A DNA stretch of 64,000 nt, from contig JAFWNC010000018.1 in the NCBI GenBank assembly GCA_017510525.1, forward strand, positions 4,408 through 68,407, in the 5' to 3' direction. A model generated the notes under the pieces. The model ran no database searches. It worked only from the letters and a program-made list of their open reading frames with translations, and had not been told where the DNA came from. The number at the start of each line of letters is the position of its first letter. Position 1 is the first letter of the stretch. A program made the translations under genes and the position numbers. The DNA comes from Clostridia bacterium. Lineage in GTDB: Bacteria > Bacillota > Clostridia > TANB77 > CAG-508. Below, one piece after another: positions 52,034-62,091 of the stretch.

Positions 52034-52708
52034 TATAATTCCTCCTCACTCTCCTCAGGTCTCTCAATCATAACCAACATATTTCCATTTCTAACACGAA
52101 TATCATCCAAAAACTTCTTTTCTTTTACGCCTTTCTTTAAATTAATAAAATATGATAATTCATAAGTACTCCCCATATTAGTTGTTTTAGACTTTCTTAA
52201 ATCACATTTATCTGTATATTTTCTAAACAAATCATTAAACACTTCTTCATAATCTAAATTCTCAGGAATAACAATTTTTAATTTTCTTTGTTCTGTAGAA
52301 GTTAATTTATTAAACACTTGACTATATAAAATCATTAAAAGTGCAACAACAATTGTAATAACAGCTGAATAAACAACATAACCCATACCAAGAGCTAATC
52401 CAACAACCATAGCCCAGAAAACACTTATAATCTCTTTTGAATTACCAGGCATACTTCTAAATCTAATTAAACTAAACGCTCCAGCAACAGCTAAAGATGT
52501 CCCTAAATTTCCATTTACCAATAATATTACAACCTGAACTAAAACTGGTAAAATAGCAACTGTAAGAAGAAAATTTTGAGTTGCTCTAGTTGTTACTTTA
52601 TGTGTAAAACTAATAATGATTCCTAAAACAATTCCGAACTATCATAGTCTCTATACAATTTTGCATACTAATTGTGGCTTCCGCCGTACTAAAAATACTC
52701 TCTAACAT
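52033..52708 (-). CDS. DUF4956-family membrane protein, with a +1 frameshift at 52634-52636 (extra C: GTT C GGA ATT)
   Basis: ATG at 52706-52708 with AAGAGGGG RBS. Zero frame reads MLESIFSTAEATISMQNCIETMIVRNCFRNHY-stop. Removing the C gives ...MIVGIVLGIIISFTHKVTTRATQNFLLTVAILPVLVQVVILLVNGNLG, continuous with ORF 52033..52521. Confidence 0.65.
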
Positions 52709-52781
52709 AATATATCCCCTCTTTCATTAAACTCTATACACAATATAAATTACAAATATTAAACAAAAATTAAATAAAAAA

Positions 52782-52864
52782 AATTTGTAGGGGCGACCAT
52801 TAGTCGTCCGTTTTTCTTCGACCTACCCCATACATTCGTAGCTTAGCACATTATTCTCCATATC
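52782..52864. repeat. Composite repeat: module B (TTTGTAGGGGCGACCATTAGTCGTCCG), tail (TTTCTTCGACCTACCCCATAC) and degenerate module A
   Basis: Same family; lies between the VTC gene stop and the DUF4956 start. Confidence 0.6.
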
Positions 52865-53577
52865 TAAACTACACATTCTTCACAAGTATTAGCTTTCAAA
52901 ATCAGCTGTGTATAAGCCTCACCATATTTTGAAAAACCACAAGGCATAATTCCAAGTTTATTAATCATTTTAACAAACCAAAGAGGAATTGAACCTAAAG
53001 TCTTAATCTCCATAATATACTTATCTTTCTCTAAAATATTTGTACCATAATTCAAAGTATCCAATTTCAAATCATAATCTCTAGCAATTACATTACTATC
53101 AAAAGTAACTCTAAAATCTCTATCATTTGGATCATAATAAGCTTCCCTTAAATAAGATAAATACATAGTTGGACGTAGATCATATCTTTCGAAATAATAA
53201 TCAAGTTCCTTTTTTATCTGTTTATTACTGCTTTCTAAAGAATCCTTATCTTTAATATATAACTCCAAATCAGAAAGCTTCATCTCAATTCTTCTTTTAC
53301 TAACAACACTATCGCATTTTCTCTTAATCTCTAAAAACACGCTACTATCTTTATTAGGCTTATTATAACTTCTTAATCTAATCTTCTCTTTAAAGAATGG
53401 CTTTGTTATAGAATGACTAATTAATTCATATAATCTAGAATCATAATAAACATTACAAATTGTACTAACGCCATGCTCATCCTCAATCATTCTCTCTGTC
53501 ATTAACCCTTTCAAAGCTTCAAATTGATTCTTGGTCAAAATATACTTTTTTTCAACTCTTCTAAAGATATCAGCCAT
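52864..53577 (-). CDS. VTC-domain protein (polyphosphate polymerase / CYTH-like domain family)
   Basis: MADIFRRVEKKYILTKNQ...EIKRK fits the VTC domain family. Commonly encoded next to DUF4956 genes. Confidence 0.6.
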   Translation of the reverse strand: MADIFRRVEKKYILTKNQFEALKGLMTERMIEDEHGVSTICNVYYDSRLYELISHSITKPFFKEKIRLRSYNKPNKDSSVFLEIKRKCDSVVSKRRIEMKLSDLELYIKDKDSLESSNKQIKKELDYYFERYDLRPTMYLSYLREAYYDPNDRDFRVTFDSNVIARDYDLKLDTLNYGTNILEKDKYIMEIKTLGSIPLWFVKMINKLGIMPCGFSKYGEAYTQLILKANTCEECVV

Positions 53578-53650
53578 TTTTTTCTCACTCCTTTAACTCT
53601 CATCTTAAACTTAATATAAACCCAAAAGATTAAACAAAAGTTAAATACAA

Positions 53651-53688
53651 AAAAGAAGTGTAAAATTAATTACACTTCTTTTTTTGTA
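53651..53688 (-). terminator. Hairpin AAGAAGTGTAAAATTAATTACACTTCTT followed by a T-run, just 3' of tRNA-Thr
   Basis: Read directly. Confidence 0.55.
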
Positions 53689-53764
53689 TGGAGCCATTAG
53701 GCGGAATCGAACCGCCGACCTACAGGTTACGAATCTGTTGCTCTACCAACTGAGCTATAATGGC
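53689..53764 (-). tRNA. tRNA-Thr (anticodon CGU)
   Basis: Minus strand GCCATTATAGCTCAGTTGGTAGAGCAACAGATTCGTAACCTGTAGGTCGGCGGTTCGATTCCGCCTAATGGCTCCA. 7-bp acceptor stem, D-arm GCTC/GAGC, anticodon loop TTCGTAA, T-arm GGCGG-TTCGATT-CCGCC, encoded CCA. Confidence 0.85.
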
Positions 53765-53815
53765 AAATACTTTGAAATTATAACATGTAAAACAATAAAT
53801 TACAATATAGATTTG

Positions 53816-53848
53816 TAGGGGCGAAGTTCCATCTTCGCCCTACATTGT
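53816..53848. repeat. Perfect GC palindrome GTAGGGGCGAAGTTCCATCTTCGCCCTAC (module B/C variant)
   Basis: Same family; 5' of the tRNA. Confidence 0.6.
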
Positions 53849-53884
53849 ACTTTGCAATATTTTTTACCAATCTGTCCGCTACTC

Positions 53885-55078
53885 TTATTCTTTTACAACC
53901 TTTCCATAATTTCCTCCACCACCAGAAGAAATAGCCATTTCACCTTTTCTAGCAGAATCAATTACAGAAGCAACCTTACTTCCAACTACAGCTTCAATAT
54001 CATCATAAGATAACTTATGTAAAATAGTCATCTCTGTACCAAAAGTATCTAATAATTTATCAATAGTCTTCCCACCAACTCCAGGAACAAATTGAAGAGG
54101 CACTTGATAAATATATTCTGGTCTAGATTTTGGACTTTTGCTAACCTCTTTATCTCTAATTAGTTTAATTCTATCATACACACCAAAAGTAACCTTTTTA
54201 CTTCCACAATTTGGACAAATCTCAACAGGTTGAACTGTCTCTATTACTTGATTACAATCATCACAAAATGTTCTATGATATTTTCCAAGTTTAGGATCTA
54301 AACCATAATTACAAATTATTTTTCTTCCGTCTTCACCTTTTAACGCTTTTACTATTTCCTTAAAACTTATATCTTCAACAAGCATTTTATTATACTCTCT
54401 AGCAATCTTTGGAAGAGAATGTGCATCTGAATTAGTAACAAAGTTTTTTCCCTCTAATTCAGAAATCATATCTGCTAAATATGTATCAGAACTTAATCCA
54501 AGCTCTATAGCAAAAACTTTATCATATTTTTCTTTAAAAATGTCTTTAATTCTATCAGTACAATTTCCATAATAACTCTTAAATGGAGTAAAAGCATGTG
54601 CAGGTATTAGTATTCCATTGTATTTTTCAACAATATCAATAAGTTCATATCCAGATAAATCAGATCTTTGAGTACTTAATGTAATATTTTTTATATGATG
54701 ACTCATTTCATCTGAAAATCCCTTTATATCTTTTAAATGAGGAAAGAAACATACATTATGAGCTGCTCCACTTTTTCCATTTCTACCTACTTCTGAAGTC
54801 TCAACCTCACTTCCAAGTAAAATACAAACTTTATCTTTATAAATAATTCCACCATCTTCTATTTCATAAGCATCACCAGTTTTTAGAAATTTTTCAATAT
54901 CTTCAATAACATAAGGTGACGCACAATCAATAACTCCTGCAACATTTATACCTTTTCTTTCAAAACATTCTTTAGCAATATTAGCAAAATTCAAAGACCT
55001 TGCAGCAGTAATCTTTATAGGCTTTCCACTCTCACTTCTTCCTATGTGAATATGTAAATCAGCAAAAATTTCGTACAT
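53885..55078 (-). CDS. PHP-domain protein with C-terminal zinc ribbon and HhH region; endonuclease Q-like (TIGR00375 family)
   Basis: N-terminal HIHIGRS PHP metal motif, CPNCGSKK zinc ribbon and C-terminal GVGGKTIDKLL helix-hairpin-helix; about 400 aa as in the EndoQ family. Confidence 0.55.
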   Translation of the reverse strand: MYEIFADLHIHIGRSESGKPIKITAARSLNFANIAKECFERKGINVAGVIDCASPYVIEDIEKFLKTGDAYEIEDGGIIYKDKVCILLGSEVETSEVGRNGKSGAAHNVCFFPHLKDIKGFSDEMSHHIKNITLSTQRSDLSGYELIDIVEKYNGILIPAHAFTPFKSYYGNCTDRIKDIFKEKYDKVFAIELGLSSDTYLADMISELEGKNFVTNSDAHSLPKIAREYNKMLVEDISFKEIVKALKGEDGRKIICNYGLDPKLGKYHRTFCDDCNQVIETVQPVEICPNCGSKKVTFGVYDRIKLIRDKEVSKSPKSRPEYIYQVPLQFVPGVGGKTIDKLLDTFGTEMTILHKLSYDDIEAVVGSKVASVIDSARKGEMAISSGGGGNYGKVVKE

Positions 55079-55136
55079 CCTTTTTTCTCCTTTTTATTTA
55101 ACAAAATTTAAGGGCTTTGTTTTAAAAGCCCAAATT

Positions 55137-55919
55137 TTAATCTATATCATCTTCAGTAAAACCTGGTAACAAAGGAGCCTTCTCTAATAGCTTCAACTTA
55201 GCTCTAGCCTTCTTCAATTCCTCAAATAAATCTCCACCATTTCTAAGCTCTGCCTCTTTTTCAGCAAAACATTTTTCATTTCTCTCAAAAGTGTTATACA
55301 ATTCCCTTACAGCACCAGGAATATCATCCCTCTTAACGCAATTCATATCTTTTTGAAATCTAGTAAGTAATCCTAGTTGAAGAACCTCAATATCTTCCAT
55401 AATATCAACAAATTCTTCAAATTTTTCTAAATATTGATTATCAACCTTATATAAATTCTTGTTTTTTAATAAATCTAATGCTTCTTCAACTGAATAAGCT
55501 AATCTATCAGAACGATGTAATAACATAGCGCCAAACTGATCAATTAATTCCAGCAAATCGCTTTCTTTTTCTCTTTTCTCTAACTTATACTCTCTACAAT
55601 GACCTATACAAATATTACAAAACCTATTATTAAATCCCAAAGATTTTAAATAATTTCTGTACTCTCCATCCATATTTTTAATTTTATTAATTTCTTCAGG
55701 AGATTCAACTTTTAAACAATCATATAATAAAGCAGCAGTAACAACATAATTCTCATCAACATCTATTTTCATTATATCAATAAACTCTCTAAGAATTTCA
55801 GTTTTCATTATTACTGGAACATTAAAATATATTTTGTTCTTTTTCTTCAAAAAGCTCATTATATCAATCTTTTTTATAAAATCTTTTTCATTTAAAATAT
55901 ATTCAGCAAAAGTTGACAT
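55137..55919 (-). CDS. Hypothetical protein (possible HD-like domain)
   Basis: Start at MSTFAEY (ATG 55917-55919) with GGAGGAAAA upstream; no confident family assignment. Confidence 0.4.
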   Translation of the reverse strand: MSTFAEYILNEKDFIKKIDIMSFLKKKNKIYFNVPVIMKTEILREFIDIMKIDVDENYVVTAALLYDCLKVESPEEINKIKNMDGEYRNYLKSLGFNNRFCNICIGHCREYKLEKREKESDLLELIDQFGAMLLHRSDRLAYSVEEALDLLKNKNLYKVDNQYLEKFEEFVDIMEDIEVLQLGLLTRFQKDMNCVKRDDIPGAVRELYNTFERNEKCFAEKEAELRNGGDLFEELKKARAKLKLLEKAPLLPGFTEDDID

Positions 55920-55997
55920 TTTTTCCTCCATAAAAATCATTTTTACCATTATATTTTATTTCAATCTCTTTTTCAATAAATGTAATAGAAATGTAAT

Positions 55998-56034
55998 AAA
56001 AAAAGATACCTCTTTTTGAGGTATCTTTTTTATT
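55998..56034 (-). terminator. Hairpin AAAAGATACCTCtttttGAGGTATCTTTT
   Basis: Perfect 12-bp stem with T-run, downstream of 56041..56454. Confidence 0.6.
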
Positions 56035-56040
56035 TTATAA

Positions 56041-56454
56041 TTATAAATTATAATCTTTTACTTTTTTATATGTATAAATTGCAGATACTGATGTAGCTAT
56101 CATTAAAAATACAATTACTGAATTAGATCCTAAACCAGCATATGGAATATTGCTATTAGATGTGTTTTTATTAGTATTATTAACTCCACCTAAATTTGAA
56201 TTAGTATTTATATTAGTGTTTGCATTAGAATTTAAATTTGAATTTGTATTTGAATTCGTATTAGCATTTGAATTTGTATTTGAATTTGTATTTTCATTAT
56301 TTGAATTCAAATTAGCACTTCCACTATTACTATTACTACTAACTGTTGATATTGTAGAAATTGTTTCAGCACCAAAAACTCTTGTTGCAACAGAAACAAT
56401 TAAAAGAATCATAAACAATAATGTAATTATTTTTAAACTATTAATTTTATTCAT
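56041..56454 (-). CDS. Small secreted/anchored Asn-Ser-Thr-rich low-complexity protein
   Basis: Signal peptide, (NSNT/NANT)n repeats and a C-terminal hydrophobic anchor. The plus-strand ORF 56150..56497 is its antisense artefact. Confidence 0.4.
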   Translation of the reverse strand: MNKINSLKIITLLFMILLIVSVATRVFGAETISTISTVSSNSNSGSANLNSNNENTNSNTNSNANTNSNTNSNLNSNANTNINTNSNLGGVNNTNKNTSNSNIPYAGLGSNSVIVFLMIATSVSAIYTYKKVKDYNL

Positions 56455-56604
56455 ATTTTTTCAAACTCCTTTTTTTCTTCCTAATAATCCATCATGATTA
56501 TATTATACAATATAAATTTATCCATTTCAAGACTTTTTTATCATTTTTTTGATTTTTTTATCTTTTTTTGGACACAATAGCATTAAAAGAAAGGATTTTT
56601 TCAT

Positions 56605-56889
56605 ATGTTTATTCCAAATCTGAATCTATTTAGTATAAATTTAAACGATATAAACAATTTTTTAAGTAAATTCTATTCAAAAAATATTACATCATTTTCT
56701 AATCAAAACTGTAAACTAAATTTTGAAAATCCAACTGAACTTGTTTCAATTTTATCTGCTATAATAGATAATAACGAAACATTTAAAATAACAGCATGGC
56801 TAAATTTAGATAATGAAACTTTTATTAAAGTTACAGAAAACAATCTTGATGAAATAATTAAATATCTTTATGAAAGATATCCTTATTAA
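56605..56889 (+). CDS. Hypothetical 94-aa protein
   Basis: ORF preceded by AAAGGA; weak call. Confidence 0.3.
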   Translation: MFIPNLNLFSINLNDINNFLSKFYSKNITSFSNQNCKLNFENPTELVSILSAIIDNNETFKITAWLNLDNETFIKVTENNLDEIIKYLYERYPY

Positions 56890-57426
56890 TTATTCATTTG
56901 TATTTTCTTCTTTAACTTCCTCATTTACTTCAACAGCTGTTTCTTCTTTCTTTTGCTCAGCACCACATAATGGACAAAATGTGTCAGTTACTTCTATAAC
57001 TTCATTACATCCAGAACATTTTACCTTTCCAGCTGGTAAAACTTCAACCTCTGGCTCTTTTTCAGTCTTTTCTTGTTCTTTTCCACATGCAGGACAAAAT
57101 GCAGCATCTGCAGCCATTTCACTTGAACAATTACTGCATATTCTCTTATTATTTAACTTTAAAATTTCTATTCTATTTTCTTCATTTTTCTTTAATAAAG
57201 AATCAATATATTCGATTTTTGCATTTATGAAATCACTTATTTCAGCTGTATTTCCTTTTGCTTCATAAACCTTTTGACCAATCTCATTATAAGATTTCTC
57301 AATTAATTGTTTATTATTTGAAGTATCTCTTTTTAATTTACTCTCCTTCTCAATTTTTTCAGTTGTAGCAACAATATTCTTTTTAGTATCGTTCATTTTT
57401 TTTGAAATGTCATCAAAAAATCCCAT
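56890..57426 (-). CDS. Double zinc-ribbon protein with N-terminal coiled-coil
   Basis: Two CxxC...CxxC motifs (CSNCSS...CPACG and CSGCN...CPLCG). Confidence 0.5.
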   Translation of the reverse strand: MGFFDDISKKMNDTKKNIVATTEKIEKESKLKRDTSNNKQLIEKSYNEIGQKVYEAKGNTAEISDFINAKIEYIDSLLKKNEENRIEILKLNNKRICSNCSSEMAADAAFCPACGKEQEKTEKEPEVEVLPAGKVKCSGCNEVIEVTDTFCPLCGAEQKKEETAVEVNEEVKEENTNE

Positions 57427-57446
57427 TTCCTTTTCCTCCTTTATTT

Positions 57447-58431
57447 TTATTCTTGTTTTAATTCACGTCTCATAAGCTGAACTACGCCATCTTTTGGACT
57501 TAAATTATTATATAAAACATTATAAACAGTATTAATAATTGGAACCTCAACATTAAACTTATTAGCTAATTTATATGCAACATCAATATTATCTATGCTT
57601 TCAATTGTCATTCCAACTTTTTCCCTAGTTTCTTCAATTGTATTTCCTTGGCCTATCAACATTCCAGCTTTTCTATTTCTACTATGTTCACTAGCACAAG
57701 TAACAATTAAATCTCCTAACCCCGTTAATCCATAGAATGTATCCTTTTTTCCTCCTAAAACAACTCCAATTCTAGAAATCTCAGCTAATCCTCTAGTTAT
57801 TAAAGCAGCGAAAGAATTATCACCAAGACCAAGGCCATTTAAAACACCAGCACAAAAAGCAATAATATTTTTTAAAGCACCACCTAATTCAACTCCTTTA
57901 ACATCACTAGAAGTATATATTCTCATTGTATCACTTTTAAAAATATTTGCAAGCATGTTGCATAAACTTTCATCTTCAGATGCTACAACCATAGCTGTAG
58001 GCATATCAACTGAAACCTCCTCCGCATGGCTAGGTCCAGACAAAACGCCAAATTTTGCTCCAGGCATTTCTTCAACTAAAACCTCATCCAAAGTCATTAA
58101 TGATTCAGCCTCAAAACCTTTAGAACAAATAAAAATTGGCTGATCTTTTACATATTCCTTATAACCTTTCAAAGTACTTCTAAAGAATTTTGATGGTGTA
58201 ACATGTAAAATAATTTCAGAATCCTCAATAACAGTTTTATAATCTGTATAAGCCTCTACTCCATCAGGAATATTGACATCTTTTAAGAATTTACATTTTT
58301 TATCTTCATTAATAATTCTGCATTCTTCCTCGTCAAAAGACCATATTTTAACACTATTACCATTATGAGCTAAATAAATTCCTAAAGCACATCCCCAACT
58401 TCCGACTACCTATAATTGCGATTTTACTCAT
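57447..58431 (-). CDS. gpsA: NAD(P)H-dependent glycerol-3-phosphate dehydrogenase, with a +1 frameshift at 58402-58404 (extra C: AGT C GGA AGT)
   Basis: ATG 58429-58431 with AGGAGG RBS. Zero frame reads MSKIAIIGSRKLGMCFRNLFSS-stop. Removing the C gives MSKIAIIGSGSWGCALGIYLAHNGNSVKIWSF...TLKGYKEYVK, which restores the GxGxxG Rossmann motif and joins ORF 57447..58172. Confidence 0.85.
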
Positions 58432-58443
58432 TATAATCCTCCT

Positions 58444-59058
58444 TTATTTTAAAGCATTTTCCTTTCCATTCATTATTCTATGAATATTGCTTCTATGATT
58501 GAAACAAACTAAAACAGCTAAAATAATTCCAAAAACGACATAATTACCTGGTTCATTATAGTTTTCTTTTATAAATATAGTTAAAATTGGAAACAATATT
58601 GCAGCTGCAATTGAACCAATAGCAACAATTCTTGTTAAGACCATTAACACTAAAGCAAAAACTAAACATATTAATGCAATCTGCCAATTCATTACAAATA
58701 AAACACCTAGACTAGTAGCAACACCTTTTCCACCTTTAAATCCAAAAAATATTGGGAAAGTATGTCCTGTAACAACGGCTAAAGCAGCTACCTGAATTAG
58801 ATAATCTATATGTTCAAAATCAAAAATATGTCCAATAGCCTTAGCAATATAAATAGCAACAACTCCTTTTAAAATATCGCAAACTAAAGTCAAAGCAGCA
58901 ACTCTTTTTCCAGCAGTTCTTAAAACGTTGGTGCTTCCAGCATTTTTACTTCCTTTATCTCTAACATCAAATCCCGCAAATTTTTTCGTAAAAATAACTG
59001 AAAAACTAATACTTCCAATTAAATAAGCAATAACAGCAATAACAATATAAATAGCCAT
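58444..59058 (-). CDS. plsY: Glycerol-3-phosphate acyltransferase PlsY
   Basis: 204 aa. Motifs GSGNIGATN-like (GSKNAGSTNVLR) and HTFPIFFGFKGGKGVAT. Confidence 0.9.
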   Translation of the reverse strand: MAIYIVIAVIAYLIGSISFSVIFTKKFAGFDVRDKGSKNAGSTNVLRTAGKRVAALTLVCDILKGVVAIYIAKAIGHIFDFEHIDYLIQVAALAVVTGHTFPIFFGFKGGKGVATSLGVLFVMNWQIALICLVFALVLMVLTRIVAIGSIAAAILFPILTIFIKENYNEPGNYVVFGIILAVLVCFNHRSNIHRIMNGKENALK

Positions 59059-59060
59059 AA

Positions 59061-60389
59061 CTATTCCTCCTTCTCATTTTTCTCTCGTACAATTATTCTA
59101 ACAGGCGTACCTTCTAAACCAAAATTATTTCTCAAACAATTAACAATATATCTTTGATAAGAAAAATGAAATAATTCTTTTTTATTAACAAAAATAACAA
59201 ATGTAGGTGGTTTAGTAGAAGCCTGTGTCCCATAATATATTTTAAGTCTTTTTCCCTTATCTGTAGGTGGCTGAACAACTGCGATAGCTTCATTTATTAC
59301 TTCGTTCAATACACCAGTCGAAACTCTTAAAGAATTTTGACTTGCAACATTATTTATCATTTCAAACAATTTAGTAACCCTTTGACCAGTTTTAGCTGAA
59401 ATAAAAATAACAGGAGCATAACTAGCAAAACTCAATTTATTATAAACTTCTTTTTTATATTTTTCCAAAGTTCCGTTATCCTTTTCAACTTCATCCCATT
59501 TGTTAACTGCTATAATTATACCTTTACCAGCCTCATGAGCCTCACCAATAACTTTTGAATCCTGTTCTGTAACACCTTCATTTGCATCAATCATCATAAT
59601 ACAAACATCAGCTCTTTCAATAGCAAATTTACTTCTCATAACACTGTATTTCTCAATATTTTCATATACTTTACTTTTTCTTCTAATTCCAGCAGTATCA
59701 ATAAAAACATATTTTCCAAACTCATTATCAAATTTGGAATCAACAGCATCTCTAGTAGTTCCAGCAATATCACTAACAATAACTCTGTTTTCACCTAAAA
59801 TTCTATTTATTAAAGACGATTTACCAACATTAGGTTTACCAATTACAGCAACTTTAATTGTTTCATCGTCAACTTCCTGATTTAAATTTTCAGGGAACTC
59901 TTCATAAATAGCATCTAAAACATCACCAATTCCAATAGCATTAGCAGCAGAAACAGGATGAGGTTCACCTAATCCTAAATTATAAAATTCATAAAGTTCT
60001 GCTGGTGGCTCTCCAAAATTGTCAGATTTATTACAAACTAAAACTATAGGTTTTTGAGACTTTTTAAGCATAATAGCAATCTCTTTGTCAGCAGCTGTAA
60101 CCCCTTGTTTAATATCAGTAAGGAAAATTATTACATCAGCTAAATCAATAGCAAGCTCAGCTTGAGTTCTCATCTGTGACAAAATTACATCTTCTGATTC
60201 AGGCTCAATACCACCAGTATCAATCATTGTAAAATCAACACCTCTCCAATTTCCATCAGCATAAACTCTATCACGAGTAACACCAGGAGTATCTTCAACA
60301 ATAGAAATTCTACTACCTGCTATATAATTAAAAAAAGTAGATTTACCAACATTTGGCCTTCCAACAATAGCCACAACCGGCTTAGACAT
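59061..60389 (-). CDS. der: Ribosome-associated GTPase Der (EngA), two GTPase domains plus KH-like
   Basis: GRPNVGKST and GKPNVGKSS Walker A motifs with DTAG/DTAGIR motifs; 442 aa. der-plsY-gpsA order as in Bacillus. Confidence 0.9.
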   Translation of the reverse strand: MSKPVVAIVGRPNVGKSTFFNYIAGSRISIVEDTPGVTRDRVYADGNWRGVDFTMIDTGGIEPESEDVILSQMRTQAELAIDLADVIIFLTDIKQGVTAADKEIAIMLKKSQKPIVLVCNKSDNFGEPPAELYEFYNLGLGEPHPVSAANAIGIGDVLDAIYEEFPENLNQEVDDETIKVAVIGKPNVGKSSLINRILGENRVIVSDIAGTTRDAVDSKFDNEFGKYVFIDTAGIRRKSKVYENIEKYSVMRSKFAIERADVCIMMIDANEGVTEQDSKVIGEAHEAGKGIIIAVNKWDEVEKDNGTLEKYKKEVYNKLSFASYAPVIFISAKTGQRVTKLFEMINNVASQNSLRVSTGVLNEVINEAIAVVQPPTDKGKRLKIYYGTQASTKPPTFVIFVNKKELFHFSYQRYIVNCLRNNFGLEGTPVRIIVREKNEKEE

Positions 60390-60457
60390 AATTTTCTCAC
60401 CTCTTTTCTAACAAAAATATTTTATCCTATTTACAAACAAATATCAAGTACAAAATA

Positions 60458-60502
60458 CAAAAAATATAGAGGCACCATTTTATTAGTGCCTCTATATTTT
60501 TA
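60458..60502 (-). terminator. Hairpin ATATAGAGGCACcattttattaGTGCCTCTATAT after the rpmF stop
   Basis: Read directly; T-run follows on the minus strand. Confidence 0.6.
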
Positions 60503-60685
60503 TTAATCTTCATCAACAGAAACAACTTGTTTTCCATTATAATATCCACAATTAGCGCAAACTCTGTGAGGTAACACAGGTTCATGACAATGAGGACAAG
60601 TTCCTAAATTCTTTTCTTCAATTTTCCAAGTAGATCTCTTTGTTCCAGTTCTAGCCTTAGACCATCTTCTTTTTGGTTGTGCCAT
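60503..60685 (-). CDS. rpmF: 50S ribosomal protein bL32
   Basis: MAQPKRRWSKARTGTKR...CPHCHEPVLPHRVCANCGYY; zinc-ribbon type L32. Confidence 0.85.
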   Translation of the reverse strand: MAQPKRRWSKARTGTKRSTWKIEEKNLGTCPHCHEPVLPHRVCANCGYYNGKQVVSVDED

Positions 60686-60800
60686 TTTAATTCCCTCCTC
60701 TGCTTTATAAGAATATTTATATACTTTAACATATCAAACAAAATCAAAGTCTTCAAATAGTATACTAAACTTTTCCAAACTTGTCAATAGTTTGAATGAT

Positions 60801-61406
60801 TTATTTTTTATAATTAATATCTCTTAACTCAACAATCTTAGCCATAAGCTCATTTGTTAGAATATCTACAAACTCTTTATCATGTGATTTATCTTTAAAC
60901 CCAGAATAATCAATAGGCTCACCAAAAGTATAAATAACCTTTGTAAAAGGCTTAAAACTTCCTTGAACACCAAAAGGAATAACAGGAACTCCAGCCCTCA
61001 TAGCAATGTTGACAGCACCATTTTTAGGTTTAACACCTTTCTCCAATCCATTTCTTGTTCCTTCAGGATAAATACCTAAAATCTCATTATTTTTTAATAT
61101 TTTCAAAGAACTCTTAATAGCCTCAGTATCTTTTTTCTCTCTATCAACAGGAAAAACGCCATAAATACTAGCAACAATTCTAAAAAAGAAACTATCAAAC
61201 AACTCCTTTTTAGCCATAAATCTAATCTTCCTATTACAAATAGCCAAAAGAGCAGGCGCATCCAAAGCATTTACATGATTTCCACAAATAATAGCAGCAC
61301 TATCTTGGGGAACATTTTCTAAACCAACAATCTTAGTTCTATATATAATTTTATCAGCAATAAAGAAAATAACTCTTATAAGTCCACTACCTATTTTTTT
61401 TAGCAT
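60801..61406 (-). CDS. plsC: 1-acyl-sn-glycerol-3-phosphate acyltransferase
   Basis: HxxxxD motif (CGNHVNALD) and PEGTR motif. Start set at MLKKIG (ATG 61404-61406) with GGAGGAGAGAA upstream. Confidence 0.8.
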   Translation of the reverse strand: MLKKIGSGLIRVIFFIADKIIYRTKIVGLENVPQDSAAIICGNHVNALDAPALLAICNRKIRFMAKKELFDSFFFRIVASIYGVFPVDREKKDTEAIKSSLKILKNNEILGIYPEGTRNGLEKGVKPKNGAVNIAMRAGVPVIPFGVQGSFKPFTKVIYTFGEPIDYSGFKDKSHDKEFVDILTNELMAKIVELRDINYKK

Positions 61407-62080
61407 CTTTCTCTCCTCCAAGCATCAGAATTAATAATTATTTCTTCCATTTTATTTGCAACTTCATCAATAGACATTTCACTAGAATCAATAACAACAG
61501 CATCATCTGCCTTTTTTAAAGCACCTACCTTTTTGCTCATATCATTTTTATCTCTAAAATTAATATTGTCTAAAACCTCTTCAAAAGTACATTTAATACC
61601 TTTTTCGATGTTTTCTTTATATCTTCTTTCTGCTCTAACTTCAGGAGTTGCATCTAAATAAATCTTAACATCAGCATTTGGAAATACATAGGTACCAATA
61701 TCTCTTCCCTCAAGAATAACATCTTTTCCCTCAGCAATTTTACGTTGTAAATCAACTAACTTAAGTCTAACACCAATTATTGCTGAAATCTGAGATACTA
61801 TTCCAGTAACCTCAGTACTCCTAATTAATTTTGAAACATCCTCTCCATTTAGGAAAACTCTATCTTGTCCATTTTCTTCTTTAAACTCTATTTGTAAATT
61901 ATCAATTTCATCTATTATTTGGGCTTCATCATTAATATCAATATTTTTTCTTAAGGATGCTAAAGCAACACATCTATAAGTTGCTCCTGTATCTAAATTC
62001 ATTAATTTAAGCCTATTAGCTATTATTTTTGTAATTGTACCTTTTCCGCTTCCAGCTGGTCCATCAACTGCAACAATCAT
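61400..62080 (-). CDS. cmk: Cytidylate kinase
   Basis: MIVAVDGPAGSGKGT P-loop and NMP-binding region; 226 aa. Confidence 0.9.
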   Translation of the reverse strand: MIVAVDGPAGSGKGTITKIIANRLKLMNLDTGATYRCVALASLRKNIDINDEAQIIDEIDNLQIEFKEENGQDRVFLNGEDVSKLIRSTEVTGIVSQISAIIGVRLKLVDLQRKIAEGKDVILEGRDIGTYVFPNADVKIYLDATPEVRAERRYKENIEKGIKCTFEEVLDNINFRDKNDMSKKVGALKKADDAVVIDSSEMSIDEVANKMEEIIINSDAWRRERC

Positions 62081-62091
62081 TATAATCCTCC

